From NCBI GenBank assembly GCA_951406725.2, contig OX597832.1:6634001-6698000 (forward strand): DNA of 64,000 nucleotides, in the 5' to 3' direction. Shown here in pieces: positions 25,201 through 38,355 of this stretch. The DNA comes from Octopus vulgaris. Its lineage: Eukaryota. Position 1 is the first letter of the stretch; every line of letters begins with the position of its first letter. The notes below the pieces were generated by a model. That model was not told the origin of the DNA and searched no databases. It worked only from the letters and a program-made list of their open reading frames with translations. Made by a program: the position numbers and the translations under genes.

Positions 25201-25796
25201 ATATATATATATATATAAATTGTCTGCTACAGTTGCCAGAACTGCCAGATCATGTGATTTCACCCTGCTAGGAGTTCCTTTGGTTCCTATTAATTATTTT
25301 TTTAATAAGCCCATTGGCAATCTGTTGCACCAGTGCTTGAATAGACACTGAAGTTCTATCTATCAACATACTCCCTCTCAAAATGACTGGCCCTTGTGCC
25401 AAAATTTGAAGCCAGTATCTAATTTGTGCACATTTAACAACTTAGCTAATTATTAATTGCAAGACGAAGATTGTAAAAGCTTCATTTGAGCTTCTTGCTC
25501 AATGTGATCTTAATAAATGTTGCTCATGTTATCGTAAGCTGATCAGTGTCAAGATAATTACATTCTTATAAAGTTCCACTTTGGACAAGTTTACATCAAC
25601 TCATTGTAGAAGTAAATCTGAACTGCCTTCAAATGAGATTGACACAAATGAGATTTCTGAACACTGGGATTATACATTATAATGATGCAACCTTCTTGTG
25701 TAACATACTCTTGATCATGGATTATCGATGTTAGTTTAGCTGTCTTGCTTCCAATTTCTGGATGGCAAATTATTTAAGAAATCTTTTTATCTAATA

Positions 25797-26160
25797 AGCA
25801 CCATCCAAACGTGGTTGATACCAGGTCCGCCTGACTGGCTTCTGTGCCAGTGGCACGTAAAAAGCACCAACCGATCGTGGCCGATGCCAGTACCTCTGAC
25901 TGGCTCTTGTGTCAGTGGCATGTAAAAAGCATCATCCTAACATGATTGATACTAGGTCCACCTAACTGGCTCCTGTGCCAGTGGCACGTAAAAAGCACCC
26001 ACTACACTCTCGGTGTGGTTGGAGTTAGGAAGGACATCCAGCTCTAGGAACATTGCCAGATCAGAATGGAACCTGGTGCAGCTGCTGGCTCTCCAGATCT
26101 CAGTCAAGCCGCCCAACCCATGCCAGCATGGAAAGCGGGTGATGATGCTGATGATGATGA
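25797..26160 (+). mobile_element. RTE 3' end with three ~63-bp repeat units and a (GAT)n tail
   Basis: Three gtgccagtggcacgtaaaaagcacc-type units followed by the same tail as 20752-20910. Confidence 0.85.
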
Positions 26161-28224
26161 ATAAGAAATGTACAATGTTACAGTTTCCCTATTATCTCAT
26201 ATAATACTTATTTTGTTCAAAATTTCTTCTGAGCTATATCATTCATGTTTTTTTTGTTATAGAATAAGCTGGTTGCAAATGATTACTATTAATTTGGATG
26301 TTAAAGGACAAAGGAAATGAATTCCTCTTGATAATTATATTGTGTTTTCCATTGTTCACAGCTTTCAGATCCTTTACAGGTTTTGTAGCGTTCTTGCATA
26401 AAAAGTAATATAACATATCCTATTAAATATTGCTTACTGCTACAAAAAAACTGCTCTACTGTACCATTGTAGGAACAATTTTTAACAATAATTTACTTTC
26501 CCCTTTAGCTTAAACATTGTGAAAGTAATTTTCTAAAATTCAGTATAAAATACTACTTCTATCAGTTACTATTTTCTATGTTTCAGTATTAAGCTGTTAT
26601 CTGATCATTGCAGCTAAATAATCATTGATACTCATTTGACTGATCATTTAAGAAATCTTGTTAAGTACAAAGAGAGTCTATGCAATTACCTGGAGAGAGA
26701 GACAGGTTTTGCAAAAATGTAAAAAATAAGCCCTAGACCAAAAGATACTCAGAGTAAAAGATGTTCTAACAATCTGAACCATTTAAAGGACAAATCTATT
26801 TTCTATGTCTGACATGAAATACCTCATTTAGGTATAAATGTATTGATTACAGTATTCATTTTAAATTCCTTCACAAATAACTCTACTCCTGTCTCTAACT
26901 TAATAGTATTATTTTGAAATGTAAAAAATAAAATTCCACTCTCATCTCAGAAAATTCTCTACAATTGCATCTTGCACTTTTATTTCTGCTGAAGAAAAAA
27001 AAAATATTGTACTTCTAGTTGACTGATTTGTTGTTATCTATGCTGTCTGAAAGCTTTTGTGATTATAATCCAAAAGATCTCTTTATTGGCTACAAATGAA
27101 CATAAGGTTTTTGTACTACCTTATATGTTATCATTGGTTTCTTTTTTTTTTACTCAGGATTAAATCAAATGTTTTCCTTGAGAAAACAATTCCATGGAAG
27201 TCTATTTTATACACAGAAAGAATTTTAAGAATGTTACTGTGTTTGCATCTTTATGATATTTACTTTATTAGAACAATTATAGTCCTTTATTGAAACTAAA
27301 TGGATGTTGTGTAAAAAAAAATTTAACCATGTTAGGAATATTATTGATAAAATTATGTAACAAGTAGAATATATTGTCTAAAGACATAGCATTTCAAAAG
27401 AAATAGTTCACAGATTGTATATACCTTCTGAAGCAGGCATTGCCTTTCTTTATTATCCTTATTATATTTATTTATAGGTCATATATATTCATGTGTAATA
27501 TACATTTTATTTCTAGAGTTGTAAACCAAAAGGCTTTGAGCATTCATGATATGCAAGAACTAAATGTTACTGATTTTTCTTGTCAGTGCATGGCCATGAT
27601 CAGGATGGTGTAACTGGAAATTAGTTTTCTGTTTTGTCCAAGCTGACTGATGTGAAATGAAGAGTTTAAATCTCTACAATAGTATATATTTTACTATGAT
27701 AGTGATAATACATTAAACGTCCATTGTATTTCATAAGTGTACCCATATAAGTGTTTCACTGAAGTTTTGTTGACTATTTTACTAAATGTGCTAAAAATGA
27801 TCGAAAAGTAAAATGCAAAACCAAAATGGAAACAGCAAAATTGTTAACTTGTTATTATAGGTATCCCAAGTGTGTCTATTCAGTCAATATATCATTTAGT
27901 ACACATGCAATATATATTAACAAATTTTATCATCATTTCTTTAACATCCATCTATCCATGCTCGCATGGGTTGGATAGAATTCTGTCGTGGGAGATTTTC
28001 TATGGCTATATGCTCTTCTTGTCACCAGCCCTCACGTGTTTCCAAGTAAGTGAATATTTCCCCATGGCCAGACATGTTTTCATGGAAACTGAAAAAGAAA
28101 GATACCACTTGCATGATGGTGACACTTGTTTACAACTATCACACAATGTCAAGCAGCAACACACATGAACTTGCATATATATATATATATATATATATCC
28201 TGGTCACGGCAGTGCAGCATAAAC

Positions 28225-28394
28225 TTTACTACACTCTCGGAGTGGTTGGCGTTAGGAAGGGCATCCAGCTGTAGAAACTCTTCCAGATCAGATTGGAGCC
28301 TGATGCAGCCATCTGGCTCACCAGACCTCAATCAAGTCATCCAACCCATGCTAGCAGGGAAAGTGGATGTTAAACGATGATGATGATGATGATG

Positions 28395-28396
<2 letters not shown>
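28225..28396 (+). mobile_element. RTE 3' tail
   Basis: actacactctcggagtggttggcgttaggaagggcatccagctgtagaaac is identical to 20756-20806; ends in (GAT)n. Confidence 0.9.
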
Positions 28397-28455
<59 letters not shown>

Positions 28456-28474
28456 TATACACAGACACTTACAT

Positions 28475-28625
28475 ACACAAGATTGGCTTCTTTCAATTTC
28501 TGTCCACCAGATCCATTCACAAGGTTTTTGACTGTAATAGAAAACGCTTGTCCAAGTTATCCTGCAGTAGGACTGAACCTGGAACCATGTGGTTTGGAAG
28601 CAAGCTCCTCACCGCTTGTACCTAA
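28475..28625 (-). mobile_element. SINE family C, 5' half
   Basis: Reverse complement matches the head of 57867 (ccacatggttccaggttcagtcc...cttggacaagcg). Confidence 0.75.
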
Positions 28626-30703
28626 TTTATATAAGAATAATTTCAAATACTTAAATGAGGTTGCCATGTACCTAAAGAATCCCTTCTACTGAGAGGAAGT
28701 ATAGTGTAGTAGGAGGTAGCTTTATGTGAGATTAATTTATGATAAAAGAAACAAGAACAGGTTTGTTGTTGTAGAGGCTACCCAACATTATTTGAGGGTG
28801 GGTTGGAATAAATAAGGTTGAGCTAGAAAGAGGTATAAAGATGGTAGTGACAAGGTATCAGAGTCTACCGTAAAGGAAAAGTGATGTATATTATACACAA
28901 GATATATTTCTTCTGGAATTTCATTGCCCATAAAGTGTTGTATATTATACATGAGTGTTTTTTTATATATGAATACAGTGTTTAAGTTGTTAATAGGTGT
29001 GTGTCCAAATAATAAAGCAATGTCTCTTATACCATAGCTTCAAGTTAACCCAGCTATAAAATTTGGGTTAACTGTAGATGGAAACTGTTGTATGGACTCT
29101 ACCTGTAAATTGAAGGCCTGAACTTGTTACTCATTATCATGCCAAATCTGTCTGAAGATTACATTAAGAGTACAAATGACTGTGGAATGTTCAGCTACCT
29201 ACACCATCATATTGCAAATAGATGACTCCATTGACTGAGCTGCTGGAATTTTCATTCACTGAAACATATGCAAGATCTATAGAATTCATTAATTTAAGTG
29301 CTCTAAAATTTTGTAAAGGAATTCCTTGGATTCTTTTTCCACTTATCAATTTTTATAATTCTTTAATACAAAACTTACTTATTCAAGTTTTCATATATAT
29401 CATCACATTTTAATGCAATCATTTTGCATCTGATATATAATTTACAACTTAGTCATATTGATTCATTGGATTTGCAAATGGTTTGAGAGTTACTAAAATT
29501 TATTGCTTCTTAGAAAAATGGTCTGAATGTTCTATTGCATGTTGATATTGTATATATTCGTAAACAGTAGCCAACATTGTGTAAATAGAAAAGATAGGCT
29601 ATATATTATCAAGCAAATTATCAAATATCATTCAATTGAGAAATGATATATTAGTGTTAAAGGATTTTATTCCACTGACTTTAGGATCTGATTAAGGAAC
29701 AGTTGTTATGACTCACTGAAAAGTCTGACAAAATTTTAAGGGAACTAAATTACCATACAAAATAGAAAAATGGGTCTTAGTTTCATATAGCTGTTAAGCA
29801 GAAAAACCATGTCAGGAACCTCATCAAATGTCATAAAGAGTTCCTTAATTCCCTAGATCAAAGTGAAATTTAATGAAAAGTTTTGTTTACTACAAAGGAA
29901 GGTCTGGATAGAGAAAATTATTAGGGTTTCAGAATACAAGATATATATATCAATACTTTAATTAAAACAAGATTAGACAGAGATGGAAAAATGAAATTCT
30001 TCATTATTAGAACTTTGGTGTATTCAGAATTAAATATGAATTTTCATTTTCAAATAGCATATTATTAAACAGATCAGCTGATAGAGCATTTACTGAAGAG
30101 TCTTGTATAAATAAAGAAGTGAAGCTAGAAAATAAACATGTATATCAAAGACTATGTAAAACTAATCCAAGAAAACTGATAATGGTCTGCATTGACAAAA
30201 ATTATGCAATGAATTTAATGAGTTTAGTTAAGTTTATGTGCTGCAGAGAGAAGAAGAATCTGAGGTTTCAAGATTCATTGGAAACTTTCTGTCTTCCTGG
30301 TGAAGGGTCTGTACTAAAATATTAGACTTTTTTTTTCTCTTCATAACATATAAATTTATCTGAACTCATTAACTTCACTGTATCATATAATGGCATACTT
30401 CTAAAGATGATGCATTTAATGGTACAAAAATTTAGCCAACAAAACTTCCAGGTGCAATGTCAGTGTGTATATTGAAATATAATTGCCAAATTCAGTTGTA
30501 ATAAGTTTTTTTTTGTTGAGATTTCGTAGTACAAAGAAAATGAAAGATACTAATTTCTTTCTAATTTCATTGTGTTTGTCTGAATAAAGCTAGTTATTGA
30601 TAAGTCGATATTTCACAAGTAGACTTCAATTTCTATTTTGAAGGATATCAGGTTGATCATTTGATAATATATTATTAGTAAATACTAACTAATCATTTGA
30701 TAA

Positions 30704-30905
30704 GAATAATAATCCTTTCTACTATAGGCACAAGGCCTGGATTTTTGTGGAGAGGGGACAATCAGTCATATCGACCCCAGTACTTGACTGGTACTTAATT
30801 TATCGACCCCAAAAGGCAGCGGAATTTGAACTTAGAACATAGCAACAGATGAAATACCGCTAAGCATTTTGTCTGGCATACTAGCAATTCTGTTGCCTCG
30901 CCATA
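30704..30905 (-). mobile_element. SINE family N
   Basis: aatcctttctactataggcacaaggcctg...ctggtacttaatttatcgacccc...gaaataccgctaagc. Confidence 0.8.
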
Positions 30906-33900
30906 ATGATGATAAGTTGGCTGTGTTCAGAGCAAGATGAATTCATTTTTGAACATTCAAAGTTGTCATTAGGAAGAGGAAAATTTCTAACATTTTATGG
31001 CAGTACTCTTTAATGGAAAATAATAATTTCTGATAGTTTTGAAGAGATATATTGTAGGGTAGTGAAAGAGAAAAAAAATAGTGAAGAATAGTTAAGAGGG
31101 GGGGTTGCAAGACAACACAACATGAACAATAATCAAGGAGAGAGAATAATCAACAAAACTGCTGGCAAATTTGGAAAATGAATAGGTAATGATTAGGGTA
31201 AGAGAAGACAACTCGGAAAAGATTGATAAGAACCATAGCAACTCAAGAAACAGGAAGCGATGAGTGAGAGTAACAAATTTGTAAAACCAGAGAGGCAAAC
31301 CATGAGAAAGGAAGATATAAATATATAAAATAGGAGTTTCCAAACTAAAGACCTGGAAATCATTTAGGAAATTGGGTTAGAATTCATTAATACCTATGGA
31401 CAAGGTGGATCCTAGAATGGTACTAAGGTATTTTTTTCTATACTATGGGTGTAGAGTAAGCCATCTCATATTGTGACTTTACAAACCAAGAAGTGATTCA
31501 TTGAATGGCCTTGCTACAAGTTTAGAGAGTGCTTGAGTATTACTATGAAAATTGAGTAGATGCTTTCAGAAATCATCACTTAAATGGCTGCCAGTTTCCT
31601 CCTTCTATAGAGATTTCCAGTATTTATAAGTGATGCAGTAAATAATATTTATAAAGTTAGAGACCATGGTATTAGTGACCTGGAATTGTACATGAAAGTT
31701 GGTTAACCAAATACTGCTGGATTTGAAGGAACAAGTGTAGCATATAGAGCGGGAGTCATTTGAAAGTTTGGGGATGTAAGTTACTCTTGCTACATTCAAT
31801 TTATTCATTCAATAGCATGAGGAAACATCACTTTCTGATGAAGGATTCTATCTGAAACATTAGTTTTTTTTTTCTGACACTCATAGCAAACAAATTTATT
31901 CCATCATTTTTAATTGTTATTTCTAATTGTTGATGCAGACTATCAAAAGTTTATTAATATTTATGTAAAAAATCAGTTTGTGCAGGAGAGCATTAGAAGT
32001 ATATTGAAGAAACATTGCAGAAAGTATATATTTTGATGATATAATTTAGGTTATAAAACAGCTAAAATTCTTTGAAGAAACCAAGAATAGATGGGGTTAG
32101 TTCAGGGATAGTGATGTCTAATGTAATTTGAATACCAACTGTTTTTAATAGCTCATTTGTTGATATATGATAAGGTATTGTGGTGAAAGAGCAGATGATA
32201 TTTATTGAGGCTCTATGCATCCTTGATTTATCAAATAAATACAGTAATAATGCTATGAGTTTCTAAATTACATGGTTGACCTTTGAATCTAGTGTCCTCC
32301 ATATTGATATAATTGAATAGGAGCAACATTGAAACCCTGTGTAGTTAAAGATAAAATCTACTAAAGTTGCTAAAAATTCTTTGTTTGAATAGTCAAAACA
32401 TTATAATCCTAAGTCAGTAAAATTTGTTTATAAGTTCATTAGAAACATTCTTACTAATGTCAAATATCTTTGTCTATGAAAAAATAATAATAATAAAAAA
32501 AAAAAAGCGTTGACTATGCCTTCAGTTAGAGATCTGAACAAGTTGAAAATTTGGTATACAACAGCAAGTAAAGATTACACATGTATACTTAACCTAATTT
32601 TTATAGATTAAATTGAACTTTTAGTGAAGAAAATTCTCTCCTATAATTTTTTTTACTTAAAATTTAAAAACCAAACTTTCTTTTGATCATCTAAATTAGG
32701 TTTTACAATTGATCTAACTGAAACTCATAATGCTTCACTTCTTGCCCTATCCTTTTCTCTAAATTTGTTTTATGCAGCTGGCCTCCTTATCAATAAATAA
32801 TTTATTCTATATTTTGGGCAATAAATATTTCCAAACACTGCCATTAATAATCAACATTCTTTCTCTTATGAGTTTAATAATGAACATTTTTCTAATTTGT
32901 TCAGTTTAAATCACTACATTTTTTTAGATTTATTCATTGGAATCAATTGGATTTAATGCATCGCTTGGCTGATATGAAAAGTATGGGGGAAAAATGCAAA
33001 AATAATTTTAAATTATTTCTTTCACTTGTAACATAACACAGTTCTTTCTAGTGGCATCTCTCCCTGGCTAACTGTTGCAGGAGTAAAATGTTTTACTTTC
33101 ACAACATTTTAGGTTGTAACTAGGTTGCCTTTTTATTTTAAATTCAAATACATTTTTACATCTTAAAAACTTTCCTAATTATATATTTTGAAGTCATATA
33201 AATGTTAAGTGGCTGATCAGAGGATGATATCAGTTGTGATGCTGGAAATAGTGATGATAATGTTGGATATCACTACCACCACTCTCGTGTAAATTTTCTT
33301 CAATAAGAATTGTTTCAAATTCTAATTGATGCATTGTTTTCTTTAGCAGACAGTGAAAACAATTTTGCTTTCTGCTATTCAGATAGCATCTCATAAATAT
33401 AGTACGTCAGTGACCATCATTTTAATCTATTGGATAGAACTACATGGTTTGGAAGAGAAGAGGTGTTGTACCTCAGTCTTAAGCTCTTGGTTTTCTTTCA
33501 AAATGTCAAGCATGGTGGCTTAACGTACTGAACTAATGTACTCTTGAACAAACAGGCTCTACTCTTTCTTTAACTAAGTTGCTAGCTTTAGGAAGGATAC
33601 CAGCTGTAAAAACAATTGCTAATATAAAATTTCACTCACTAATATGGAAAAATTTAATTAATCAGAAGTGGGCCTGTTTTGAAGAAACTGACATATTGCA
33701 TTCAGAAATTTCTCAGAGTTTTCATTTATGTTTTGCAATTCTCAAATTTGAGAGGTTTGTATAAACGTATGAGAAGTAAACTAAACTTGTATCTAGCAAT
33801 AGCTATAAATGTTCTTACAACAGTGACATGTGTTCATATTTTCATATTTACCTAAGAGTTCCTGTACTTTCTTCTCCATTAAGACATTTCATTATCCATA

Positions 33901-34592
33901 AAGTAATTAAAATGGAATTGATATATAAAGTATCCTGCCATGCTATCATACTGTTTAAATGAAACCATAAGACTCAGTGTACACCAAATGAAAACGTCCA
34001 CCAAAAAGTAAAAGTTTTAATTGTTCTAGTATGAGGAGCTATTAATCATTAATTCAGTTTGGGACTGATTTAATGATATACCATTTCCTTAAGATTCATG
34101 TCATTCCCTTTGAAAAGGAAAAAAAAATAATTAGAAGACCTTAAAGGTTTCCCTTAAATTTATGATGATGTCTGTACTGCAATAAAATGGTAACTTCTCA
34201 AAGAAACAGATTCATGACCAAAATTTCAACTCTCTTTACTTGTTCAACAGCCTTTTAAAACTGTTTTACATCCTTTTTTTTCTTTTTAATTTAAGATAAT
34301 TATGTATTACTGAAATAATAGTGGACAACTTTGTAATCAGTTGTAATATAGCAATAGAATCAAGTTGTCAGATGATAATTGAATTATGTGCATTTCACAG
34401 GAACACAGCACTGATAGTTATGAGATTTGAACTCATGACCATATGATTAATAATCCTTTACCCTAACCTCATATCATGGATACTACATAATCATTACCAC
34501 TTCTAAATGTCCCTCTTATAAAAGTTTCATGCTCTGTCAAAGCCATATGCTTACAGCTACTTATAAAACCTTGCTTGTCATAAACCTACATA

Positions 34593-34913
34593 CAGTTCTA
34601 TATTTAAGAGATGAGGAATTATTTACATTTGATGGATATTTATCTTCATCTTGTTTGTTGTTAACACAATGTTTCGGCTGATACATCCTCCAGCCTTCAT
34701 CAGGTGTCTTGGGAAAATTTCGAACCTGGGTTCTCATTCCTAAAGTATTTGTTGTCATCGTCACTGTCATCGTCGTTGTTGTTGTTCGGGTAATAATAAC
34801 ATCAAAATCTACCTTAGGAATGAGAACCCAGGTTCGAAATTTCCCCAAGACACCTGATGAAGGCTGGAGGGTATATCAGCCAAAACGTTGTGTTATCCGT
34901 CAAATGTAAATAA
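34593..34913. mobile_element. Second fold-back family A element; hammerheads at 34663-34710 (-) and 34847-34894 (+)
   Basis: Arms are near identical to 39-205 and 398-525, with a different centre and the same left terminus cagttctat. Confidence 0.8.
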
Positions 34914-36099
34914 GGAAAATAATATACAAACTCACATCTTTAGTCATGTTCACATTTCTGTCAGTTAAAAATGTTTGAAGATTTGGAGCTTTGCTTAAAA
35001 ATCAATCTCAGTTAAGATGAATCAACAATATGAAATTAACACTTTTTATTTTTTGTTATTACATATACTGTAATGTGCAAACAATTTCACTGCTAATCTC
35101 TATTTGACAAATCAAGAACAATTTCTCCTAAAATTACAAGATGAACTGGAATTTGTACTGATGTGTTTGTTGTCTTAAGCACTTCAAAGAATTTTCTCCG
35201 GTTATAGAAAACTGGAATTCATTTGATTTCAGTTGCCATTATTAAATCAGAAGTAATCACTGGATGTTTATATCATGTCCCACAGCAAGCTTTTTCCACC
35301 ATACTGAATTATCCATTTGAGATAACAATAAAACATGATGTAAACAAAGAATTGCCAGCCTTGCATTCCTGTCTATACAAAACAGATCAAAATTAATAAA
35401 ACTCTCACTTTGCTATTTTTGTTGCAAACAGATTTCTTGGAAATTCAAACAAACTAATACTACTGCAGATATATCTTAAGAATAAACTGAGAAGAATTTG
35501 GTCTCTATTGCTGAAAATCTCAGTCTTACTAAGTAACAACGCATATATCTATGCATTCATTATTGTATGTTATCTTCTGGAATTTTTGTGATATTTAGGT
35601 TGGTAAAAATATTATCAAGAACCTACTTTTTTGTTTGCACTATCTCTAGGAATAAATATTCCTTGAAAATATAATCTCTCAGTTAAGATTCACATGTAAT
35701 TTTCTTTCTTTTTTTGTTGGGTTTTTTTTTTCCATCACTTTTATTGTACATCCTTTTAGGGTTTTAATCATAATATAGTCAAGCTATTTTTAATGGCCAA
35801 AGTAATGAAATAATTATTCAGTCTTCTCATTAAATTTGTTTAACTGGGTCATGTTTTCACTTTTGTTTGATGTGCTTTATCAAAATAAGAAGCAAGTTAT
35901 AGAATTAATATTTGTAAAAAGTCTGTATCAGGTTGTGAAACACTTGCCCCAATGAAATTGTCTGAATTGAAAAGTATGTAATTTTATATAAAACAAATAT
36001 TCATTTAATATTTAAAGTGACAGCTTTATTTTAAATTCCCACTATTTTCTTAAGCATATAAGTATTTTCAGAAACACATTTAATATTTGTTAGATTCAT

Positions 36100-36270
36100 T
36101 TAACCCTTTTGATACCAACTCACCTGAGACTGCTCCTAGTTCTGTGGTACAAACTTTTTTTTCTGAACACCAAATTAATAATGTGCTTATTTGTCAAATT
36201 CTTCATTCGTTTTAAAATTAATTGAAACTAAGGCAGCATATTTCAGCCAAAACATGAACAAAAGGATTAA
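36100..36270. mobile_element. TTAA-flanked MITE, second family
   Basis: TTAAcccttttg...caaaaggaTTAA terminal inverted repeats. Confidence 0.65.
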
Positions 36271-37507
36271 AAATGCTCTGCAATTTCATAAAAAAAATTC
36301 AATTCACTCTATCAAACATCCTAACACAAGTGATTCACTTTGTATTGCATGTATGTAGGTACACACCAGCCACTCTCAGCAATGGGAAAAACATAGCTGT
36401 TTGAAACTCACTCTGAAATATATATATCCATGTAGTTGAGAAGTTTGCTTTGCAGCCATGGTTCATTTTCACAACATGGCATCTGAAGCATGTAGTCTTG
36501 AGTTTACCAATAACTCAAAAATGGCATTTGGTTGACGGAGACTGTGTAGTGGCCAATCATGTATGTAAATGTCTGTGTTTATGGTTTAGTTATTAACATA
36601 TCTAACTGTTGTGTCAAAAAGTATAATTTAACAATTCAATACAGCTCCGTAAAATAAGTAGTACTCTTATGTAAATATTGGGTTCAATATACTCAACTAA
36701 AACCCTTGCAAGCAATATTCCTCATAGCCACAATCTAATAACTAAAACCATTACCAGATATACATTGCCAAAGCAGTTGATCCTTCAGTCATTGCATACC
36801 ATTCTTAGTGCATTTATTTCCAAACTTTCCATACATCTTATTAATTTTATTTCTAGCATCTGATAATTAAGATCAAACTAATTTCCTGGAGTTTCATGCT
36901 ACCAAATATTTTTGCATTGTCTTTATTTCACTTAATCTCTGAATGGTTGCAGTCAGTTTCTCTGAATTTCAGTTCAGCACACCATTCAATATTCTTTCAT
37001 TATTAACTTGGAAATATATTTTGTACCAACTAAATACACTTCTACCACATTAAAATTTCTTTTACCATACTATTGCATTGTCCATAACTATTCTTCCAGG
37101 TCTTGTTGAATATTTTTTGATTTAACATTCTGGAGTTGAATAATAGTTAAATTTATCTAAAATTTTTGTAAAGACTAAAACATTTAGCAATCAATAGCTA
37201 TTATCTCAGCTTGATAAAATGTAAGATGTTGTTGATATTAGTAACTAAATTGTTCAGGGTATTAAAGGACATGATCTTAGATGAACATTTTGATTGAACT
37301 CATTAAACTAATTTCTACTTCTGAGCTGGAACTCAAGTGCTGTAAAATTATTTCACCTGTTAATGGCTATTATTTTACATCCTAAATACTTCAAGAGAGA
37401 TAATTTATATTATCTCCTGAACAAAATGCATTAATAATTTATAATACTTTACATTTAAGCAGCTCTTAGAATTTCCACTCATGTTTTGAACTTTTACTTC
37501 CTTTCAG

Positions 37508-37671
37508 TTCGTGATGGAGACACAGTCAAGCATTATAGAATTCGGCAACTTGATGAAGGAGGTTTCTTCATTGCACGAAGAGTCACATTTCGTACACTGT
37601 CAGAATTGGTGGAACACTACAGCCGGGATGCTGACGGCTTGTGTGTTAATCTCAGAAAGCCTTGTACACAA
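37508..37671 (+). CDS. Src42A: Src42A/FRK-like tyrosine kinase exon: SH2 C-terminal half
   Basis: ttcctttcag| acceptor and caa|gtatgt donor; encodes (V)RDGDTVKHYRIRQLDEGGFFIARRVTFRTLSELVEHYSRDADGLCVNLRKPCTQ; phase 1-0. Confidence 0.96.
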
Positions 37672-37823
37672 GTATGTATACTAATTTCCTTGAAGCCAAC
37701 TTAACTACATAACTCCTTTTGTTTTGTTTTGTTTCTGCAGATACTTCTTTAGAACAATTAATAATTTGTTTGACCATTATTTATGTTTTTTTAAAAAATG
37801 AATTAATTGTTTTTCCTTTTCAG

Positions 37824-37992
37824 ATTGAGAAACCTGTCACAATGGGTCTTTCCCATAATACTACAGACCAATGGGAAATTGCTAAGCATTCTCTAAAACT
37901 TATCAAAAAAATTGGTCATGGTCAGTTTGGCGAAGTATGGGAAGGTTTGTGGAACAACACAACTTCAGTAGCTATCAAAACATTAAAACCTG
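37824..37992 (+). CDS. Src42A: Src42A/FRK-like exon: SH2-kinase linker and kinase subdomains I-II
   Basis: ttttcag| and ctg|gtaagt; encodes [19 protein letters not shown]...[27 protein letters not shown]; phase 0-1. Confidence 0.97.
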
Positions 37993-38128
37993 GTAAGTTA
38001 CTTATAGTCTTTTAGATTTTATATAAAGGATTTCATGAAACCATTTTTTTAAATTGTTCAGTCCATTAATATCAGAGATAAAGATAAGTATTTGAAAGTA
38101 TTATTTGTATGCAAGGGAAATGACATTC

Positions 38129-38353
38129 TTAACCTTTTAGCATTTAAAATGACCATATTAGGCCTAAATATTTTACTTGTTTTATACTCAAACCAACCAG
38201 ATCTGGTCCCTCATACTTATCCAACAATGTCATTCAAAAATACACAATCATAATATCAAATTCCCAAAGCTACAAGATAATGCATGATTAATTTAAAACA
38301 GTGGGAATAAATGAACATTATATTTGACAGTAATCTGAACATTAAAGGGTTAA
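38129..38353. mobile_element. piggyBac-type MITE (reverse orientation relative to 6937)
   Basis: TTAAccttttagc...ttaaagggTTAA; interior matches 56969-57195. Confidence 0.8.
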
Positions 38354-38355
38354 AG

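Noticed and set aside
1-37507. Expected upstream SH3 and SH2 N-terminal exons of the kinase
   Set aside because: No ALYDY, WYFG or FLIRDSE-type sequence found by eye. They probably lie outside the window, though a short exon could have been missed.
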